From the sequence record DRR378314_778: a DNA stretch of 64,000 bases; one strand, given 5' to 3'. Each line of letters starts with the position of its first letter. The stretch's first letter is position 1. Under the pieces are notes generated by a model. The model saw only the letters and a list, made by a program, of their open reading frames with translations. It ran no database searches and was not told where the DNA came from. Positions 57,080 through 64,000 of this stretch are shown here, one piece after another. A program made the translations under genes and the position numbers.

Positions 57080-57871
57080 ATGCAAGTGACACAAGAGACA
57101 TCGACCAACGAAGCCATGATCAAACTCGAAGGCGTAAAGAAGACCTATGTCAGCCGCGAGGGGTCTCATCATATTGCGGTGAGCGATGCGACGATGACTG
57201 TCAATGCGGGCGATTTGGTTTCACTCGTTGGCCCCTCTGGTTGTGGCAAAACGACGTTATTGAAAATTCTCGCCGATCTGCATGATGCAGATGAGGGGAC
57301 AGTTGATATCGGATCACAGGAAAGCCCGTTTGTTCCCGGACGAGATGTCGGCATGGTCTTTCAGCAATCGCTCCTACTCAAATGGCGAAAAATTATTGAT
57401 AATGTAATGTTGCCAGCAGAGATTTTGGGGTTGCCAAAAAAACAGTCTCGCGAGCGGGCACAATATCTTATCGATATGGTCGGCTTATCCGGATATGAAA
57501 AAAAGTACCCGTATGAATTATCTGGGGGGATGCAACAACGCGTGGCGATTGCACGCTCACTTGTTCATGACCCTAAACTGGTTCTCATGGATGAGCCGTT
57601 CGGTGCGCTGGATGCGATGACCCGTGAGAAAATGAATCTAGAGCTTCTCAATATCTGGGAAGCCTCGGGAAAAACAATTATTTTTGTAACTCATTCCATT
57701 CAGGAAGCGGTGTTTTTAGGCTCTCATTGTGCTGTGCTGACTTCAGGACCGGCCAGAATGGCAGACTATTTTAAAATTGATCTGCCTTATCCTCGGACGC
57801 TTGATTTAAAAGTAACGGAACCATTTGGGGACTATACGAAGCACATTTATCGATTGCTTGGCATGGCGTAG
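57080..57871 (+). CDS. ABC ATPase (TauB/SsuB-type)
   Basis: [30 protein letters not shown]. Confidence 0.93.
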   Translation: MQVTQETSTNEAMIKLEGVKKTYVSREGSHHIAVSDATMTVNAGDLVSLVGPSGCGKTTLLKILADLHDADEGTVDIGSQESPFVPGRDVGMVFQQSLLLKWRKIIDNVMLPAEILGLPKKQSRERAQYLIDMVGLSGYEKKYPYELSGGMQQRVAIARSLVHDPKLVLMDEPFGALDAMTREKMNLELLNIWEASGKTIIFVTHSIQEAVFLGSHCAVLTSGPARMADYFKIDLPYPRTLDLKVTEPFGDYTKHIYRLLGMA

Positions 57872-58227
57872 TTTTTTTGTACTCCGTCAAATGTTGGACA
57901 GTGACTGATCACACGTCTCAAAGTGTTTTTGGGGACACCAAAATCTTTTAGACATTTCAGTATTTGCTTGGTTCGACGAAACCTTCGAAACTTTGTTTAC
58001 TCAGCAACGCTTGCTGTTTCGCTGTTGCTGGGTGGTTTAGCTCGACATTTTTAGCATCACTTAAGGTTATATCACCAGAAGACACTTTGTCACTTAGTCA
58101 ATGTGACAGCGCGGTTCTACTGGATGCTAGATGCGGATCTTTTTCCATCCGATTATTCGGCTGTTCTCAGGTGATAATGGGATTTATGCTTCTAACCGAT
58201 TGGACTGGTGAAATGGGAGGTTCGTTC

Positions 58228-59019
58228 GTGAAGCTGAAGAAGGATAACTGGGGCCGTCAAGCCCGTATCGGCATGTTCGTCGTCGGTAGTGAAGCCGTAC
58301 CGGAAGCAGAATGGTGGGCGATGCTTCCCCCCGATGTTTCAGTTCATGCTGCCCGTGTTACCGCTGCCACACCCTGGGCGCACTGGCGAGAGAACCGGAC
58401 GGCGGTCGAGCTCGCGGACGATTTATCACGTGGCGCCGAACAATTTGCCACCATGAATTTGTCTGTTTGCGTAATTGGCCACAGTTCGAGCAGTTTCCTT
58501 GGAGGAAAAGGGTGGGACGAGGCGGTTGCTAGAAAGCTCTCAGAAATGCTTGATGAAAAGATGTCCGTAACCACGAATGGGCTCGATATGCTTGCTGCAT
58601 TGCATACCATGAACGTTGAGCGGCCATTTCTTGTATTACCTGCCTGGTTCAATGATAAAACAGTCGAGGCCGCTCTTCTTTATTACAAGGATCACGGCGT
58701 TGAACCTGTGGGCCACCTTCGCTACGATCCGGGACCAAGATGGCGAGATGTGCAGCCAAGTGACATGTATCCGCAAGGCGCCGGGTTCGATCAGGAAGTC
58801 GAGCCCCTCTATATGCAGATTAGGGCGGCTTGTCCGGACGCGGCTGATGGCGTTCTGCTTGCAGGAACGGGGCTTCGGTGTGTGGCTATATTGGACAGTT
58901 TAGAAAAAAACTTGCAGCGTCCCGTTATATCGGCAAATCAAGCCAGTCTTTGGCATAGTTTGACGCTGGCCGGGGCTCCCTCTTTAATCTCAGGGTATGG
59001 AAGTTTACTGGAAAGGTGA
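58228..59019 (+). CDS. Maleate isomerase / arylmalonate decarboxylase (Asp/Glu racemase superfamily)-like protein
   Basis: WG..ARIG..V.....PEAE, VHAAR, PVISANQASLW; GGGAGG RBS before GTG 58228. Confidence 0.8.
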   Translation: MKLKKDNWGRQARIGMFVVGSEAVPEAEWWAMLPPDVSVHAARVTAATPWAHWRENRTAVELADDLSRGAEQFATMNLSVCVIGHSSSSFLGGKGWDEAVARKLSEMLDEKMSVTTNGLDMLAALHTMNVERPFLVLPAWFNDKTVEAALLYYKDHGVEPVGHLRYDPGPRWRDVQPSDMYPQGAGFDQEVEPLYMQIRAACPDAADGVLLAGTGLRCVAILDSLEKNLQRPVISANQASLWHSLTLAGAPSLISGYGSLLER

Positions 59020-59226
59020 CTGACAGCTTATGGATGCAAGTCGACGTTGAGCCGTATTTATGAATAATGTCTGCTCGGACTTGTCCCTGACGTCAGCGCT
59101 TAGGGATAAGACCAGGGTGCTTTGCTTAGGTAGGATTTTCAGGTGGGTTTTTACTTGTCTAATAGGTGTGACGACTACCCATATCCTGCCATTTCCGGAT
59201 TTCGTTTTACTGAAAGGATAGTCTTT

Positions 59227-59679
59227 GTGGATTTAAAATCAGGGAAATTAATGGAGATATATCTGCTGGAGGTTGTCGCGAAGGGGCGAGTGGAGCTTAT
59301 TGATCAGTTGGCTCAACCGGATATGGTTGATGAAGCCAATCAGGCATTTGGCGGGCCTCCGGGAGCTCAGGGGCTTGTCGCTCATGTGACTGGATTTCGA
59401 CGCAGTATATCTGACCTGAATATAACAATTGACCGGATTGTATCTGGTCAAGATGAGGTGATGGCCCGTTGGTCGTTCACGGGAAAACATGTCGGTCCAT
59501 GGCTCGGTCAGCCGCCAACTGCCCAAGAGATTTCAGCGACTGTCTTTAGCTTCTTCGATCTAGCGGGCGGGCGGATCTGCTATTACAGGCTTTGGCTGCA
59601 TGCACTGTTTGACAAACCGCTTGTGTTTGATAGTTCTCAATCTTTTCAGGGCGATGCAAAAAAGGTACCCGTCAGTTAA
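59227..59679 (+). CDS. SnoaL-like ester cyclase family protein
   Basis: DL.ITID, V.ARWSFTGKHVGPWLGQPPT. Confidence 0.8.
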   Translation: MDLKSGKLMEIYLLEVVAKGRVELIDQLAQPDMVDEANQAFGGPPGAQGLVAHVTGFRRSISDLNITIDRIVSGQDEVMARWSFTGKHVGPWLGQPPTAQEISATVFSFFDLAGGRICYYRLWLHALFDKPLVFDSSQSFQGDAKKVPVS

Positions 59680-59792
59680 AAATGATTGAAACCTTAGGTT
59701 TAGGAGATTGATAATGGTCACGAAACGGTTCGTTTTGATACCGAAATGACAAAAATGAACAGGGTCAAAGTTACCAATAACACAAACTTAGG

Positions 59793-60533
59793 TTAAGTTT
59801 GCAAAAGCTTTTTTTTCTCATTCCAGAGTACAATACTGGATAAGCAATTCGTGTAATAGGCCCCGGTATCAATTCCAATCCGGTTATCTAGAAGCTCAGC
59901 AGTTTCGCTAATGGTGTGGCCGTGCACAATTACTTTTTCGTACAATGTCTGTTCATGAATGAAACCTTTGCGGATCCACATTAAATCATGTTCGTCCTGA
60001 TTTTCCAGAGGGCGTGAAGGATTTATGCCAGCATGTACGAAGAAATAATCTCCGCAAATATATTGGCATGGCAGGTTGCGTATGAAATTTACATGCGTTT
60101 CAGGAGTTAATGAGGCGAGTTCGTTTGCCGCCTTTTGTCTTGCGTTTTTATCATGCTTATCAAAATTGATGTCTACGTCATAGCTTTTGAGGGTATCAAG
60201 CCCACCCCAATCCAGCCAAGCAGGGTCATTTTCCGGGTTATCAAGAAATTCCAGAAACCGCTGTTCGTGATTTCCCCTCAAGCAAATAATTTCGAAATCC
60301 GGTAAGGTAAGATTTTTCAGATAATCAATAACAGCCTTACTATCGGGGCCGCGATCAACATAATCTCCCAGAAAAATTAATTTGAACTGGCATTGTTCAC
60401 TATTTTCACTGTCATGTTGAATTTTAGAAATCAAGTTTTTCAGGAGATCTATCCGGCCATGAATATCACCAACCGAATAAATTCGAATATCTTCGACGAT
60501 ACGTGCTTCTTCAAGAGAAACCAGCTTGCTCAC
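59793..60533 (-). CDS. Metallophosphoesterase, PphA-like Ser/Thr phosphatase
   Basis: GDIHG, GDYVDRG, GNHE, HAG, HGH, IDTG. Confidence 0.93.
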   Translation of the reverse strand: MSKLVSLEEARIVEDIRIYSVGDIHGRIDLLKNLISKIQHDSENSEQCQFKLIFLGDYVDRGPDSKAVIDYLKNLTLPDFEIICLRGNHEQRFLEFLDNPENDPAWLDWGGLDTLKSYDVDINFDKHDKNARQKAANELASLTPETHVNFIRNLPCQYICGDYFFVHAGINPSRPLENQDEHDLMWIRKGFIHEQTLYEKVIVHGHTISETAELLDNRIGIDTGAYYTNCLSSIVLWNEKKKLLQT

Positions 60534-60550
60534 GTGTGATTGGCCTATCT

Positions 60551-61879
60551 TTAAAAATATCCGTTATTGGTATTGGTTGGGGTTTTATGAAACTTGCCGT
60601 CCTTCATAATAGCTTTGATTTTGCTGTGATCCTGAAGAATGCGAATATCCCGTAATGGATTGCCATCGACTAATATTAAGTCAGCGAGATAACCTTCTTT
60701 GATCATACCGAGTTCATGGCCCATTTCCATTATCTGTCCGCCATATTTGGTGCCGGCTTGTATGGCCTCCATCGGTGTGAAATCGAGCATATCGACAAAA
60801 TATTCGAAATCGCGTGCGTTGGTCCCTAATGGAGTCCATGCAAATCCATAGTCGCCACCAATTAAAACGCGTATCCCCCGTTTGTGCATTTCTTTCATGG
60901 AGACGATGGCGTGTTCCAGCTCCCGTTCATAGGCAATGGCCATTGGATCGCCCGGTTTAATCCCCCATTCTGCGGCGTTTCGGGCGGTTCGGATGAGCCA
61001 GCCCAGACCCGGTGCCACAATATGTTTGTCTTTGTTGGCTTCCAGCATATCCAGGGACTCGGTGTCTGTGAAAGATGCGTGATAGATGAAATCGATGCCA
61101 TATTTGACGCATTGCTTCAGTGAATCGGCCGAGCGCGCATGAGCGGCCATTGTTTTTCCGCGGCGGCGTGCTTCCCGGACAGCCATTTCAACTTCTTCGT
61201 CGGACATTTGGGTGACCTCTGCAGGCATTCCGGCGATCTCTTCACCCGATAAATTGAGTTTGATTGTATCCACGCCCCATTTAATCAGCCGGCGCACTTC
61301 CCGGCGCACTTCTTCCGGCCCGGAAACCACGATACCGAGATTTAACCCCTCATCCTGAATATGCGGAAGAGTGGCGTCCCCCAATCCCCCAAGTACTGTG
61401 ATCTCAGGTCCTGCTGCTGTATAGCGTGGTCCTGGAAAACGGCCAGAATTAATGGCATCACGCGTTACAACATCAAGACGTGGCTTGGCAGCAGCGGCAC
61501 CGCGGCCAGAAGTAAACCCCGCATCTAGAACTTTTTGCGCCATTTCTATGCAGCTGATCGCATGCTCTTCGATCGGCATCATTTGGATTGGATTTATACC
61601 TGGTGCGTTATTCCAACTTAAATGAAGGTGCGCGTCAATCATCCCCGGCATCAGCGTCATGCCTTTTCCATCAATACGATGATCACTGTCGCTGCTCCAG
61701 TTCATTCCGGTTCCAGAGGTGATGGATTTTATGCGGTTTTCACTAACAGTTACCTCTCCTTTAAAAGGTTCAGCGCCTGTTGCATCCAGGATTTGGACAT
61801 TAGTGAAGGTGATATCTTTGCTCACGTTTGACGAGCTACTGGACCCGCTCCATCCACTATAAATATTATCAGACATCAC
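60551..61879 (-). CDS. Metal-dependent amidohydrolase family protein
   Basis: PGMIDAHLH, AAHA, IYH, GGDYG, ADLILVDGNP. Confidence 0.9.
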   Translation of the reverse strand: MMSDNIYSGWSGSSSSSNVSKDITFTNVQILDATGAEPFKGEVTVSENRIKSITSGTGMNWSSDSDHRIDGKGMTLMPGMIDAHLHLSWNNAPGINPIQMMPIEEHAISCIEMAQKVLDAGFTSGRGAAAAKPRLDVVTRDAINSGRFPGPRYTAAGPEITVLGGLGDATLPHIQDEGLNLGIVVSGPEEVRREVRRLIKWGVDTIKLNLSGEEIAGMPAEVTQMSDEEVEMAVREARRRGKTMAAHARSADSLKQCVKYGIDFIYHASFTDTESLDMLEANKDKHIVAPGLGWLIRTARNAAEWGIKPGDPMAIAYERELEHAIVSMKEMHKRGIRVLIGGDYGFAWTPLGTNARDFEYFVDMLDFTPMEAIQAGTKYGGQIMEMGHELGMIKEGYLADLILVDGNPLRDIRILQDHSKIKAIMKDGKFHKTPTNTNNGYF

Positions 61880-61895
61880 TTTCCCTCCGGCAGCA

Positions 61896-62678
61896 TTAGT
61901 TTGCTATTTTTTCTAGATGGTTTTTTAAAATAGTTTCGGCCTCAATGGGCGTCTCGATCATCGACCAGTGCCCGCAATCCTTAAGGATATGCAGGTTAGA
62001 ACCCCTGATTTCAGCATGTAGTTGCTTGGCCATAGTCACCGGCGTTACAGGATCATCTTGTCCAACGATTAACGTGGTTGGACATGTAATATCACCAACG
62101 GGCGCAGGCTTTGCTTCACTTAGGGCCAGGCAGTGTAGCGCATAAAATTCAGGTTTTTGGCGCATAAGGCTCTCCCGAACAAATGCCTTCGTTACTGGAT
62201 TTGAGGTTTTACTTTTGTTGAACAGACTGGCGTTGGAAACCGCTTCTGCGATCCCTGCCATGCCATTGATGCGGGCATCTTCCGCCCGTTCCCGTAACCC
62301 TTGGCGAGCAGCAACTGGTGGCTCTAGCATCGGACCGAAAAGGACTAGGCTTTCAACTATTTTTGGGTGTGATGCAGCTAAATACTGTAAAACCAGTGTT
62401 CCCATAGAATGACCGACAAAATGCGCCTTTGTCAGACCCGCAACCTGCATCATATCTAATAGACTAAGTGCGAGTGAATTAATGTCTATTCCGGATTTTG
62501 AACCGGACCGACCAGCACCCGGTAAATCGGGACGATAAACCGAATAACTCTCCCGTACAGACATCAGGGTTTCAAAACTGTTAGACGATCCCCCCAATCC
62601 ATGGACCATCACAATTGGCGGGCCACTTCCGGCGGATTCCATAACTACACTGCCAAGGCGAAGATCTGTCATCTTCAA
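61896..62678 (-). CDS. Alpha/beta fold hydrolase
   Basis: HGLGG, DLPGAG, GHSMG, GH. Confidence 0.92.
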   Translation of the reverse strand: MKMTDLRLGSVVMESAGSGPPIVMVHGLGGSSNSFETLMSVRESYSVYRPDLPGAGRSGSKSGIDINSLALSLLDMMQVAGLTKAHFVGHSMGTLVLQYLAASHPKIVESLVLFGPMLEPPVAARQGLRERAEDARINGMAGIAEAVSNASLFNKSKTSNPVTKAFVRESLMRQKPEFYALHCLALSEAKPAPVGDITCPTTLIVGQDDPVTPVTMAKQLHAEIRGSNLHILKDCGHWSMIETPIEAETILKNHLEKIAN

Positions 62679-63541
62679 TAGGACTCCACCCGGTTCTCAA
62701 GGATGCCAATTCCTTCGATTTCGATTTTGACAGTATCTCCGGGCACTAAGTATTTGGGAGGCTTGAACCCGATACCGACGCCCGCGGGTGTCCCGGTGGC
62801 AATCACGTCACCGGCTTGTAAGGTGATGCCATTTGACGCTGCAGCAATGATGTCTGGTACATCGAATATCAAAAGCCCGGTATTTGAATCCTGCCTCAGT
62901 TCTTCATTGATCCAGCATTTTACATTGGTGTTTGCCAGGTCAATCTCATCAGCAGTGACAGCCCATGGTCCCATTGGGCAAAATGTATCCTGTGATTTAC
63001 CGATGAGCCACTGACTATGGACGCCTTGCAGATCCCGAGCTGTTACGTCGTTGACAACGGTATAACCCCACACATGATCCATGGCGTCTTCTTTAGAGAT
63101 GTTGCGGCCAGATTTTCCGATGATCACCATAAGTTCGGCCTCATAATCGACCGCTGTACTTACGGATGCATCGATCTTGATTGCATCACCCGTCGGGATG
63201 ACGGTTTCTGGAAGCTTTGAGAAGATAATAGGTGCTTTTGGGACCGTACCTGCGGCGGCGGAACTATCAAATCCAGAGTCGGAAAACTCCTTCGCATGTT
63301 CATGATAGTTTTTCCCAACACAAAAGATGTTGCGTGAAGGACGGGGAACAGGGGCGAGTAATTTTACGGAACTTAAATCATATACGTCGCCGGTCTTTTC
63401 AGGTTGATGACCTATTAAGCTAACAACTCCTTGCGGATCTTGGCTTCCGCCAGGCCATTTTAGTTTTTCGATGCTGTTGTCAGCGATATTGACGGATCCG
63501 AGGTAACGGTGATTGTTATGTTCAAATGTTGCGTATTTCAT
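62675..63541 (-). CDS. Fumarylacetoacetate hydrolase family protein
   Basis: CVGKNY, DYEAEL, NDVTARD, GDVIATGTPAGVG. Confidence 0.93.
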   Translation of the reverse strand: MKYATFEHNNHRYLGSVNIADNSIEKLKWPGGSQDPQGVVSLIGHQPEKTGDVYDLSSVKLLAPVPRPSRNIFCVGKNYHEHAKEFSDSGFDSSAAAGTVPKAPIIFSKLPETVIPTGDAIKIDASVSTAVDYEAELMVIIGKSGRNISKEDAMDHVWGYTVVNDVTARDLQGVHSQWLIGKSQDTFCPMGPWAVTADEIDLANTNVKCWINEELRQDSNTGLLIFDVPDIIAAASNGITLQAGDVIATGTPAGVGIGFKPPKYLVPGDTVKIEIEGIGILENRVESY

Positions 63542-63546
63542 AAGCC

Positions 63547-64000
63547 TTAACCCTGGTGTTCTGGAATCAAAATGGTTGACCCTGTGGTTTGTCTGGATTC
63601 GATTGCCTGATGCGCCAATACTGCATCCTGCAAGGCAAATTGGTTGCTGATATCAATAGACACATGGCCCTGACGAATTGCTGAAAATAGCCGTTCTGCA
63701 GACGTCAATATTTTTTGGCGCGTATCTGTGTAGTGACTGTAATTCGGCCGGGACAGAGTTACTGACTTAGCGGCGAGCGAGCCGATGTCCCAAGGACCAA
63801 TATCACCCGATGCCTGCCCGAAACTGACAATGTGCCCACAGGGCTTTAAAGCCGCTATAGAATGTGGAAAACTATCTTTTCCAACAGCATCAAAAATATA
63901 ATCGACGCCAGCCCCGTTTGTAATTTTGAGAACCTGTTCTTCAAGGCTCTCTGGCCCGGGAAGAACGACGTGATGAGCCCCAGCCTCACGGGCTTGACGC
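63547..64000 (-). CDS. qor: Quinone oxidoreductase (zeta-crystallin/MDR family), 5' end beyond window
   Basis: Manual translation: GVDYIFDAVGKDSF, VSFGQASG, AHQAIESRQTTGSTILIP*. Confidence 0.85.
   Translation of the reverse strand, partial: RQAREAGAHHVVLPGPESLEEQVLKITNGAGVDYIFDAVGKDSFPHSIAALKPCGHIVSFGQASGDIGPWDIGSLAAKSVTLSRPNYSHYTDTRQKILTSAERLFSAIRQGHVSIDISNQFALQDAVLAHQAIESRQTTGSTILIPEHQG

Noticed and set aside
57964-58227. N-terminal extension of the 351-aa ORF
   Set aside because: Family similarity and a strong RBS begin at GTG 58228
61289-61312. Short tandem repeat CCGGCGCACTTC
   Set aside because: In-frame EVRR-EVRR within the amidohydrolase; too short to be meaningful
1-64000. CRISPR array, rRNA, prophage, intact transposase or integrase
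   Set aside because: No repeat-spacer periodicity or corresponding motifs seen in the sequence or ORF track

Overview
Chromosomal window from an alphaproteobacterium (inferred from the tsaD / hemC-hemD-mitofilin-hemY-like synteny; TRAP-rich cargo suggests a marine lifestyle). 1-7084 is core genome (GNAT, rpiA, tsaD, hemC, a HemD-mitofilin/Mic60 fusion, HemY-like TPR protein) ending in tRNA-Thr(CGT). A second, diverged copy of the 3' half of that tRNA lies at 49678-49725, delimiting a ~42.6 kb tRNA-anchored genomic island in which I see no integrase. The island is a mosaic: two TRAP + beta-decarboxylating dehydrogenase + GntR modules (one with an unusual OtnK-like kinase / FucA-like aldolase / MgsA arm), a Liv-type ABC + aromatic aldehyde dehydrogenase unit, a scar zone (IS110, AbiEi/AbiEii and IS6 fragments), electrophile/redox-stress genes, a bufferin-type (DUF2282/DUF692) RiPP cluster behind a YHS gene and a TetR that shares its operator motif with a paralog 17 kb away, and a 9-gene uncharacterised catabolic operon (THI5-like ABC, FAD oxidoreductase, CoA transferase, crotonase, ferredoxin, DHDPS-like lyase, aldehyde dehydrogenase, dCMP-deaminase-like). 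Right of the att copy the DNA remains accessory-like (THI5-like ABC, amidase, epimerase-GNAT-DHDPS trio, isomerase, hydrolases). No CRISPR, rRNA or intact transposase was seen. All product calls come from motif recognition by eye; no database searches were run.
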